Below are positions 50,201-57,422 of a stretch of DNA of 64,000 bases, one piece after another. The notes beneath the pieces were generated by a model. The model was not told where the DNA came from. It saw only the letters and a program-made list of their open reading frames with translations, and searched no databases. The position numbers and the translations under genes are program-made. Source of the DNA: Candidatus Sericytochromatia bacterium (GTDB lineage: Bacteria > Cyanobacteriota > Sericytochromatia > S15B-MN24 > UBA4093); assembly GCA_036676985.1 (NCBI GenBank), contig JAKFBU010000077.1, forward strand, positions 48,576 through 112,575, read 5' to 3'. Each line of letters starts with the position of its first letter. Position 1 is the first letter of the stretch.

Positions 50201-51357
50201 ACGCGCGGCTGCAAGCCGCGCGCCTGTTGGAGTTGCTCTTCGGGGCCTACATGTACACCAACGACCATGTGCGAGCGGCCTACGTCGCCCTGCGTGCCCT
50301 CAACCTTATCGAAAGCCTACCGCACACGGCCGAGTGGGCGCTTGCCAACGCGGAGATCGCCGCTCTGGTGTCTCACCTCAACGTGCGCAAGGTGTCCAAC
50401 TACTACCATGCGCGGGCCGAGGCGGCGGTCGGGACGCTCGACAACCTGTCACTGCGATCCCGCGTGCTCCAGATGAGCGGCATCTACTGGATGAATCTGA
50501 ACGACGCCCCGCGACTCAATCGGGTGCTCGAAGAGGCGATCGCCTTGACGGAACGCATGGGCGATCGCCGCGTCTGGGCCGAGTGCATGCACCTTCTGGG
50601 CTACAAGCACTACCAGCGGTGCGAATACACGTCTGCCATCATGGTGGGTGAGCGCCTGGCGGCAGCCTCGGAGCGGGCCGGGGACCTGCAAATGCAGGGC
50701 GGGGGGATCACGCTCGTGGCCTATGCTCTGTCCGATCTGGGCCGCGACGATGAAGCCTTGGCTTTGCTGGACGCCAATCAGCGCGTCTTCGAATGGAGCG
50801 AGAACCCGCTGGTCCCGATCAACCTGCAGGCCATACGCGCCAAGGCCCTGCTGCGCCTCGGGCGGCATGAGGACGCGTTGGCGGCCGCATGGGCCGTGGC
50901 CGACCAGCTCGAGCGATATGTTCCGACCGGGGATCCCGGTATCGGCGCACACCAGGTCGTCTGGTCCGTTCTCTACGAGTTGACGATCCTCCGCCGGTCG
51001 GCGATGGAGGGCGATCGCGAGCGCATCCTCAAGTTTGGGTGGCGCACGGCCTCGATCTTGCACGGTGCGGCACATGGGAGCCGGCAGCTCGAAAGCTCTG
51101 CCGAACTCGTGCGCGGTCAAGTCCAAGCCTTTGACGGGTGCACGCGCGACGCGATCCGAGCCTGGAAGCGGGCCTTGGAGCGGGCGCTTCGTCAGGATCA
51201 TCGCCACCAACTCGGGCTCGTCCACCTGGAGTTCGCGCGCCACGAACAGACGCCCAAAGCCCGTCGTGCCGTGCACCTTGGCGAAGCCGCGGCGAGTTTC
51301 GAAGCCATCGGCGCCCGATATGAACTGGAACTCGTTCGCACCTTACAGGCCCGCTAG
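47290..51357 (+). CDS. tandem class III adenylate/guanylate cyclase - STAND AAA ATPase - TPR protein (cassette 3 cargo); start codon uncertain
   Basis: GDISGFTALTE, KFAGDA, GDTVNLAARLM, GEPGIGKS, LEDAHWFD, EGNPFF, TPR-like C-terminus. Confidence 0.9.
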   Translation: MSSLVPTVAGYVPDLLLTWPGWHAVPEARIERLPGVVLLGDISGFTALTERLAQTGTASAEQLTDILNATFGQLIDVVYRLGGDVLKFAGDALLAVWPATVHPDGLSGALNLAIQCGLEMQALMQASPSNHEHLALRVSIGAGDIAIGKVGGERNRWELLIAGDPLAEITQIEPDGAPGQVLLSADDVPLVATDVLGQLVSPLAFRIDGLRRRLVPAPRVGGPAEPEIDGLLAFVPGSIRSRLEAGQTGWLAEMRQVSVVFINLPEMGSLASLDRVQEVFRAIQGCLYRYEGSLNKLSVDEKGVSILGAFGLPPLAHEDDPLRALQAASDIWKTLSALGVRAAVGLATGRVFCGEVGNARRREYTVIGDTVNLAARLMQAAKQGILCDEATRLAARDRWSFEELTPVAFKGKAKVVSVFRPLHIAAPKRRREGRLIGREKELAALIPLQDALLTGEATPLVWLEGEPGIGKSYLVDTLMQSARSRGLACLHGAGDAIERVSPYRAWLPILHAIVLGDVAPQFPNRVEARLETLLGDRSDLWPMRSLLNALLPIDLPGNDAVQGLDATLRAQITRDLLVALIRGYASTRPCMLILEDAHWFDSASWHLMAQVVASDRPLLLVVTTRPSSPVPAELTGTLKGPHTRTLRLGPLEPQEIEAVVCARLGVTALSEPLGHFIRERTEGNPFFSEELALALREAGHLEHVAGELRLAPTADPARLDLPTNLEGIVTSRLDRLPPSPQLLAKVASVIGRSFTLEMLTEVLPLVDARERLPEWLEELVALEIVSPDPLADGPAYRFRHAITHHVTYHLLVPSQRQALHRAVATYLEAGPDQRDQLPHLTLLAHHWVQADDVERAFPYLERAGDHALATSAHLEAIECYSQALALADQGRLGVEADTIIRLHDRLGEACFGLGRMTEARQHLEQGLARLGLPIAETWSGIGKGITSEIWAQVVQCWKLPWGCRSNSLSQDARLQAARLLELLFGAYMYTNDHVRAAYVALRALNLIESLPHTAEWALANAEIAALVSHLNVRKVSNYYHARAEAAVGTLDNLSLRSRVLQMSGIYWMNLNDAPRLNRVLEEAIALTERMGDRRVWAECMHLLGYKHYQRCEYTSAIMVGERLAAASERAGDLQMQGGGITLVAYALSDLGRDDEALALLDANQRVFEWSENPLVPINLQAIRAKALLRLGRHEDALAAAWAVADQLERYVPTGDPGIGAHQVVWSVLYELTILRRSAMEGDRERILKFGWRTASILHGAAHGSRQLESSAELVRGQVQAFDGCTRDAIRAWKRALERALRQDHRHQLGLVHLEFARHEQTPKARRAVHLGEAAASFEAIGARYELELVRTLQAR

Positions 51358-51466
51358 GCGAAGACCAAGGCCCCTTAGCCTCAAGGCTTGGGCCTGCGAC
51401 TAGAAGTTGTTGAATAGGCGTTTTTCCCATTTGCCTGGTGACCCGGCGAGAACTATCGCTAATAGT

Positions 51467-51533
51467 GAACCCCCGCAAACCGTGATGGCTTGCGGGGGTT
51501 CGTCAGCGCGCCTGGCGAGACAACTATCGAACT
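51467..51533 (-). repeat. att-like junction R4
   Basis: GAACCCCCGCAA..TTGCGGGGGTTC hairpin then TCAGCGCGCCTGGCGAGACAACTATCGAACT (29/31 identical) at 51503-51533. Confidence 0.88.
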
Positions 51534-51701
51534 ACATTAACTAGGTTAAGTGAATTACCGATCGCTCCTAACACTTGACTTGGCCTTGATTTCTGGGACC
51601 ACGTCGGCTCCTCCAGCTCTGCAAAATTTCCATCGTCTCTATGTTCACATAATAACCTTCTTGTAATAATGTCACATCTGGATTCATAAAGGAGTGCATC
51701 C

Positions 51702-52313
51702 ATGATTGCTCTGAGCTCCGTAACTTCTTCGCTAAAGGCAGCCAAGTCCATTCAGGCCTTTGTCGAAGGCGGAATACTCTCGACCATTCTGTCAGCCATT
51801 GGAGACGTGGAATACCGCGCAGCGGCTCGAGTTCTTAGGAATCTTAATGAAGCATCGAATCAACGGGAGCGGGTTTTGTCGGCAATTAACCACTTAGAAA
51901 CGTCCCATATAGCATATTCAACTGATATAAATCGAATGACTGGCATAATCGAATATGTTCGTGGGATTAAACGAATGTCCGTGGCAAAAAAAGACGTATT
52001 TACGCTATGTATTCTGGCTATCTGCTATAAATACACAGGAGAATTGACCCTTATGAGGGAGTCTCTGGATCAGGCCAAAGAGGTTTTGAATATTTATCCC
52101 AAGATGGAAGATCAAACCATTAAAGAAATTTTTTGCGACAAGAAGCACAGGAGTCAATACGTCAAGGCCTTGACATCAATTATTCCTACCTATTTCACGC
52201 CCGGCATCCTAAAAGAAATCGACGACACGCCAACCATCTATGGCGCCGATTTTGAGTCCTTTCAAGCCGAACTGCTCTCAAAGGTTGTTGCCGAGCCTTC
52301 ATCCGTTGTTTAG
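51702..52313 (+). CDS. AT-rich hypothetical protein (cassette 4 cargo)
   Basis: AAGGAG RBS, 203-aa ORF in visibly AT-richer DNA. Confidence 0.65.
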   Translation: MIALSSVTSSLKAAKSIQAFVEGGILSTILSAIGDVEYRAAARVLRNLNEASNQRERVLSAINHLETSHIAYSTDINRMTGIIEYVRGIKRMSVAKKDVFTLCILAICYKYTGELTLMRESLDQAKEVLNIYPKMEDQTIKEIFCDKKHRSQYVKALTSIIPTYFTPGILKEIDDTPTIYGADFESFQAELLSKVVAEPSSVV

Positions 52314-52348
52314 GCCTCGCTAGACCGAAGTATAGAAAGGAGCGGGCA

Positions 52349-52648
52349 ATGCAATCAGTAGCTCAGGATGTAAAGCCCTTGTATTGGCAGAACAGTTACC
52401 ATAACCTGAGTGGATACTATCCAGGGTTTACAGTCTATAGAAATCGCATTGAGTACGATAACCGTCCCTTCATGCCGAGTGGTCGAATCACCGTTTACTT
52501 TAAGAACATCGTTAGCGTTGATGCTGTTGGCAACGGCATCTTATCCTACAAACGGGTAGTAATTACAACGATGGATGGGGATAGGCATGAGATCAGGACA
52601 AAGGAAAATCACGAGTTGAGAGAGATCATCTTGGGGCTGACGAAGTAA
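52349..52648 (+). CDS. small PH-fold-like hypothetical protein (cassette 4 cargo)
   Basis: AAGGAG RBS, 99 aa, FTVYRNRIEY..VYFKNIVSV..VVITT pattern of bacterial PH domains. Confidence 0.6.
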   Translation: MQSVAQDVKPLYWQNSYHNLSGYYPGFTVYRNRIEYDNRPFMPSGRITVYFKNIVSVDAVGNGILSYKRVVITTMDGDRHEIRTKENHELREIILGLTK

Positions 52649-52803
52649 TCCTGAGGCCCTATTCGTGAACCAATCCATTGCCGGACAAGCTCAATTCCCG
52701 TGAGAACTCACCTTTCTATCTGTCCGGCGCTGGGGGAGCAGGTCAGTCCCGTTGGTCCCATTCCAATAACCGGCTCCAGACTTGGAAAACCCAACTCTCA
52801 ACC

Positions 52804-53961
52804 TTATGCCGAAATCTCACTTCCCGCCGCCCGGTAGGCAGCCAGAATTAGGGGAACCAACGCCTTGATGTCGGAAATATCGCTGATCACCACCCGACAC
52901 GAATCCGCCGCTTGGTTATAGTTTTCGACCTTGCCCGCATCACCAAGAATGGCGTTCGCCTGTGACAGAGGGATATGGAAGACGACCGATTTCTTGTCGG
53001 TGCCGAACAGAAGGCGCATGAACCAGCGGGATGGCTTCTCCAAATGTATGACAAAGTAGCTGGCCGTATCCTTGTAAGCCACATGGGAATCCCCACCATT
53101 GGTGGCCTTGATGGTCTCACAGACCAGGTTGAAAGCGGCCAGCTCCTCTTCAGTGGTAACCACCGCGGTCTTGAAGTCGGGAGACTTGGTTCCTTCCGCT
53201 GCAGGCACCAGGTCCTGAGCCGAAGGAACAATCGCGGCGACCTCGTCGGTCTTGGCGATCTCCTGGGTGAGGCCCTGGGAGACCATGTCGACCAACACGT
53301 CGGACATTGCCTGCTGGACGAGCGGCGTCAGGCGTTCCAGGACATTGGCCGTAATGCGCCCCTGGTAGATGTCGCTGCACATGAACCGCACAAACTCGTC
53401 CGAGGTGTCTCGGAACAAGGACCGTACCTTCTTCTTGAGGGTCCGCAGGTAGACCAGGTTCTCCGCACGAGTGACCAGCCCCGAGGGATCGAAGCAATCG
53501 GCCCGGAACCCATCGAGGATGGCGATCTCCTCCGGGCGAATCGACTCGATCTCGAACTCGAAAAACGGCTCCGAGTCCATGAGGTTCGGCGCTTTGAGAT
53601 CTGTAAAGAACTTGTACCGGACCCCGTTCGTGATGACGGCGAGCTTGACCCCGGGCGTCGAGTTGAAGTACTTGGCGAGCTGGGCGTCGTAGTTGTCTAG
53701 CTGCGAGGCCACGGGTTTCGCCTCTACGAAGAGCACTGGCGCCCCCTTGAGGAAGACCGCGTAGTCCACCTTTTCCTTGTTGGCCGCAAACCCGGCGCGA
53801 TATTCGGGATAGAGTACCGACGGATCGTGGATGTCGTAGCCGAGGACTTGGAAGAAGGGCAGGATCAGGGAGTTCTTGGTCAACTCCTCGTTCCCCTTGC
53901 AGTGCTCCTTACGAGCAGAAACCTGGGAGGCCAACCTGTAGACTTCTTCAGCGAATCCCAT
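52804..53961 (-). CDS. type I restriction enzyme HsdR N-terminal-domain nuclease protein (stand-alone; cassette 4 cargo)
   Basis: EELTKNSLILPFFQVLGYD, EKVDYA..FVEAK PD-(D/E)xK, QLAKYF, ITNGVRYKFFTDL..NLMDSEPF, VVTTEEE. Confidence 0.88.
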   Translation of the reverse strand: MGFAEEVYRLASQVSARKEHCKGNEELTKNSLILPFFQVLGYDIHDPSVLYPEYRAGFAANKEKVDYAVFLKGAPVLFVEAKPVASQLDNYDAQLAKYFNSTPGVKLAVITNGVRYKFFTDLKAPNLMDSEPFFEFEIESIRPEEIAILDGFRADCFDPSGLVTRAENLVYLRTLKKKVRSLFRDTSDEFVRFMCSDIYQGRITANVLERLTPLVQQAMSDVLVDMVSQGLTQEIAKTDEVAAIVPSAQDLVPAAEGTKSPDFKTAVVTTEEELAAFNLVCETIKATNGGDSHVAYKDTASYFVIHLEKPSRWFMRLLFGTDKKSVVFHIPLSQANAILGDAGKVENYNQAADSCRVVISDISDIKALVPLILAAYRAAGSEISA

Positions 53962-54219
53962 ATGGTCCTTCCTTTGCAGGGTAGCTAGGCAGTGTCACGT
54001 GAATTTCCTCGTTATAGACCTGGATCATGGCAACGGATCGGCGAGGGTCCGCCAACGATTGTACTTGGCAAGCGGACGTCATGCAATTTTGCTTATTTAT
54101 TTTTACGGTGACGATTTGTTCGGTTTGCGCCAGTTCGCGGCTCAGATACCGTCCTGTGACCTGATCTCGAAATCCTGTCCAGCAAAGGCTTTTGGGACAA
54201 ACGAGTTGACGGAAAGTGC

Positions 54220-54236
54220 GAGTCTCACTGAGACTC
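54220..54236. promoter_or_regulatory. perfect 8-1-8 palindrome, candidate protein-binding site
   Basis: GAGTCTCA-C-TGAGACTC. Confidence 0.45.
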
Positions 54237-54247
54237 ACCTTCACGTC

Positions 54248-54295
54248 GGAGAAACGATCGGCCCCCCGTCTGCATTTGAGACGGGGGGCTGTTAG
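54248..54295 (-). terminator. hairpin immediately 3' of tRNA-Arg; same family as R1-R3 hairpins
   Basis: GGAGAAACGATCGGCCCCCCGTCT-GCATTTG-AGACGGGGGGCTGTTAG. Confidence 0.8.
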
Positions 54296-54368
54296 CGCGC
54301 CTGACAAGACTCGAACTTGTGACTTCTTGCTCCGGAGGCAAGCGCTCTATCCACTGAGCTACAGGCGC
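54296..54368 (-). tRNA. tRNA-Arg(CCG), CCA not encoded
   Basis: folds as GCGCCTG TA GCTC AGTGGATA GAGC G CTTGC CTCCGGA GCAAG AAGTC ACAAG TTCGAGT CTTGT CAGGCGC G (73 nt), anticodon CCG. Confidence 0.97.
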
Positions 54369-54425
54369 AATCGCAGATGCGAAGTCTTAAGTATAGGCGG
54401 ATCCGCTGCTAGGGTCAAGATCGGC

Positions 54426-54938
54426 CTACGGGGCACCCCGCGTCACGATGACCCGGTACAGGTAGTCCGAGCCCGGCAATGAACTGAAGTCCAGCGTTCG
54501 GGCCGGATCCCCCTGATAGTGATACGTCCAGGTCGTCGTCCCCGTGCGCTTGCTGGTCGACTTGCCGGTTGGCTTGCCGTACCAGCGCTCCACGTCCCTG
54601 AGCGTCCAGGAGGTCCTTAGCGTCGACCCATGCTTGAGCTGGGAGTCGAGGTACATGGGGCCCGCCGCCAGGTAGAAGAGGACGGACTGCACCTCCCCCG
54701 CGCCCGAGGCGTAGAGGTCGATGCCCCCGAGATAGGGGGCTTTCCCTTCCACCAGGTAGTGACGGCCCCCGTCCCCCTCCGAGTCCAGCTCCGGCTTGTG
54801 GCCGAGCCAGTCGAAGAAGACCTGCTCAGAGGGCGTCGCGGGCTGCAGGTAGCGCTCCCAGTCCTGACGATCCAGTTGCGGGGCGGCGGCGACCGGAGTG
54901 GCGATCGCCACCGCCATCAAACCCAGCAAATACCGCAT
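54426..54938 (-). CDS. secreted hypothetical protein
   Basis: ATG overlaps TAA of upstream TlpA gene; signal peptide MRYLLGLMAVAIATPVAA. Confidence 0.7.
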   Translation of the reverse strand: MRYLLGLMAVAIATPVAAAPQLDRQDWERYLQPATPSEQVFFDWLGHKPELDSEGDGGRHYLVEGKAPYLGGIDLYASGAGEVQSVLFYLAAGPMYLDSQLKHGSTLRTSWTLRDVERWYGKPTGKSTSKRTGTTTWTYHYQGDPARTLDFSSLPGSDYLYRVIVTRGAP

Positions 54939-55474
54939 TAGAGGAGGGGCTGGATTTCCTTCATGAAGGCGTCCTTGAGCTCCTCCTCGGTCGACCCGGG
55001 CAGGCCCACGAACTTCTTCACGATGTTGCCCTTGCGGTCCACGATGAACGTGGTGGGGATGCCCCGGATGCCACCGTAGGCCGAGACCACGCCCTGGTCC
55101 CCGATGACCACCGGGTAGTTCATCTTGTTTTCCTTGACGAAGGGAGCCACCACCGAGTCGCCCTTCTGGTCCAGCGAGATGCCGATGATCTCGACGCCCT
55201 TGCCCTTGAGATCCTTGTACATGCTGATGAAGTGCGGGATCTCCTCGCGGCAGGGCGGGCACCAGGTCGCCCAGAAGTTCACGATGCGGACCTTGCCGCT
55301 GTAGTCGGAGAGCTTGACGGCCTTGCCGTCGCCCGTGCGAGGCAGGGAGAAGTCGGGGGCCTGCTTGGGGGCGGCGATCGCCACACCGGCCGAGGGGTCG
55401 AACGCGGGCACGGCGAGCACGCCGAACGCGGCCAGCGCCACGGAAAGGGGAAGCCACTGCTTCAACGTCGCCAT
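54938..55474 (-). CDS. TlpA/ResA family thiol-disulfide oxidoreductase
   Basis: APDFSL, NFWATWCPPCREEIP, GIPTTF. Confidence 0.92.
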   Translation of the reverse strand: MATLKQWLPLSVALAAFGVLAVPAFDPSAGVAIAAPKQAPDFSLPRTGDGKAVKLSDYSGKVRIVNFWATWCPPCREEIPHFISMYKDLKGKGVEIIGISLDQKGDSVVAPFVKENKMNYPVVIGDQGVVSAYGGIRGIPTTFIVDRKGNIVKKFVGLPGSTEEELKDAFMKEIQPLL

Positions 55475-55638
55475 GTCGTTATCTCCTTCGTAGGGATTGG
55501 AAGCTTTCAAGTAACGTACCCCGAGGGCCGCCCGGAGTGCAAGCCTCCTGGATCCGTTGGACTTGCCGCGACTCCGTTTGGTTCCGGCTCGCTCCCTGGT
55601 ATAACACTTCTAGCCTGCCTTCCCGAGGAGATGCCGCC

Positions 55639-56544
55639 ATGTCGTTCGCCCGCCGTTTGCTTCCCCTTATGGTCCTGGCGCTCGTGGGCTGCCCGGGGCC
55701 GCAGTCCGGCGTCTCGGCGACCTCGACCAGCTTGCAGCTGCAGCTGGAGCGACTGTCGCCCATAAGGCGGGAGCAGGGGCATTACGCGGTCTGGGCGATC
55801 GCAGGCGCCACGACGAGCGTGGGAACCCCTTTTCTCGTGACCGGGGAGGGGCTCAGGACCCTCGAGGGAGCCGCCTGGGATGGCAAGGCGACGGTTCCGT
55901 TCGCTCGCGGCGACCTTTCCCAGGTGCTCGTGACCTTGGAGCCCCCGACGTCGGCGGATCGATTGCCCGCCAAGCAGGAAATTCTCCGGGGCGGCGTTGC
56001 GAACGGAAAGGCGGTGCTGGTGCTCGCGGCCCCTTTTGAACCGGGAGCCCTCGAGACGGCCACGGGGAGTTACCTCTTGGACAACCCCTCTACCATCTCG
56101 CTCGGCGATATGAACGGCGTCTGCTTCATGAACGAGCGCCGCTCGGCCGGCGGCCTGCAGGTCCCGTTTCCGCCGCCCGAGAAGTGGGGCTACGAGAGCT
56201 GGATCGAGCTGAAGGGACGCCTCATGCCGCTCGGGAAGTTCGTGGATCCGGACGGTCCGGACGACTGGAACGGCTTTTCGGGCCGGGTGCCGCCGTTTCC
56301 CGGGGAGGACTTCAACGAGAACCTGCCCGAGGGCGTCGAGACGGGTTTCAATCGGCCCGATCTGCGCGGCGCGAAGCTGATCGTGAGCGTGGAGCCGCGT
56401 AGCTTGCAGCGCGAGGAGGTCTTTCCCTCGATCCGGGTCTTCGAGGCGACCGTGCCCATGGATGCGGAGCACTACAAGGCGTATCGCATGCAGAACGTGG
56501 CGGCAGATGGTCTGCCGCGTGGAGCGGCCACCATACTGGATTGA
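55639..56544 (+). CDS. lipoprotein of unknown function
   Basis: GAGGAG RBS, lipobox ALVGC, YESW and PPFPGEDF motifs. Confidence 0.7.
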   Translation: MSFARRLLPLMVLALVGCPGPQSGVSATSTSLQLQLERLSPIRREQGHYAVWAIAGATTSVGTPFLVTGEGLRTLEGAAWDGKATVPFARGDLSQVLVTLEPPTSADRLPAKQEILRGGVANGKAVLVLAAPFEPGALETATGSYLLDNPSTISLGDMNGVCFMNERRSAGGLQVPFPPPEKWGYESWIELKGRLMPLGKFVDPDGPDDWNGFSGRVPPFPGEDFNENLPEGVETGFNRPDLRGAKLIVSVEPRSLQREEVFPSIRVFEATVPMDAEHYKAYRMQNVAADGLPRGAATILD

Positions 56545-56551
56545 GAAGGAA

Positions 56552-56608
56552 CCGTTCGCCCCTTCGACAGGCTCAGGACAGGCTTTCGACCGGGCTCAAG
56601 ACGAACGG
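56552..56608. repeat. REP-like palindromic repeat (CTTCGACAGGCTCAG family)
   Basis: CCGTTCG..CCTTCGACAGGCTCAGGACAGGCTTTCGACCGGGCTCAAGACGAACGG between convergent genes. Confidence 0.65.
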
Positions 56609-56661
56609 GATGTGTTGTGGGGGCGCGCTGAAGGGCATGCCCTCCGATTTCTCGGACTTGG

Positions 56662-57360
56662 TTACGGCAGGTCGAAGAGTAGTATTTCGGCCGAGTCGTC
56701 GGATTGAAGATGGATCTCGGGCTCGCCCTCGATGCGCGCGCCGTCGCCAGTCTTGAGCGACTGACCATTCACCCGGACGTTGCCCCGGGCCACGTGCAGG
56801 TAGGCCTTGCGGCCCGGCTGAAGGGCGTAGGTCGCGCTCTCGCCGTCCTTCAGGGTGCTGACGTAGAGCAAGGCGTCCTGGTGGATGACCAGGGAGCCGT
56901 CCCGGCCGTCCGGCGAGCAGACCAGGCGCAGGGTGCCGCGGCGATCCCCCTCCGGGAAGGCCTTCTGGGCGTAACTCGGCGTGAGGTTGCGCTGGTTCGG
57001 GATGATCCAGATCTGGAAGAAGTGGACGGGCTCGGCTTCCGAGGGGTTGTACTCGCTGTGCATGACCCCCGTGCCCGCGCTCATCCGCTGGATGTCGCCC
57101 GGACGGATGCGCGCGACGTTGCCCATGCTGTCCTTGTGCTCCAGGGTGCCGTCGAGCACGAGGGAGATGATTTCCATGTTGTCGTGGCCGTGCGTCCCGA
57201 AGCCCATCGCCGGCGCGACCGTGTCGTCGTTGATGACGCGAAGGCAGGAGTAGCCCATCTCCTGAGGGTCGTAATAGTGGGCAAACGAGAACGTGTGGTA
57301 GGTGTCGAGCCAGCCATGGGTGGCGTGGCCGCGCTCCTCGGCCGGACGGATCTTCAGCAT
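56662..57360 (-). CDS. pirin family protein (YhhW-like)
   Basis: GWLDTYHTFSF, LRVINDD, HGHDNMEI, HKDSMGN, MSAGTGVMHSE. Confidence 0.93.
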   Translation of the reverse strand: MLKIRPAEERGHATHGWLDTYHTFSFAHYYDPQEMGYSCLRVINDDTVAPAMGFGTHGHDNMEIISLVLDGTLEHKDSMGNVARIRPGDIQRMSAGTGVMHSEYNPSEAEPVHFFQIWIIPNQRNLTPSYAQKAFPEGDRRGTLRLVCSPDGRDGSLVIHQDALLYVSTLKDGESATYALQPGRKAYLHVARGNVRVNGQSLKTGDGARIEGEPEIHLQSDDSAEILLFDLP

Positions 57361-57422
57361 GGGGTCCTCTCGTTTCGTGCGTTCCGCGCCAACTATAACA
57401 GGGTCCGGGACAGTCGGACAGC

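Noticed and set aside
41310-51533. CRISPR array interpretation of the 31-bp direct repeats
   Set aside because: Spacing is 0.56-7.5 kb with whole genes in between, there are no cas genes, and the repeat derives from the tRNA 3' half.
41310-51533. Additional tRNA genes or classical integron attC sites at R1-R4
   Set aside because: Only the T-loop/acceptor 3' strand is present, with a 5-bp insertion and no D or anticodon arm. There is no RYYYAAC..GTTRRRY-bounded attC fold and no intI.
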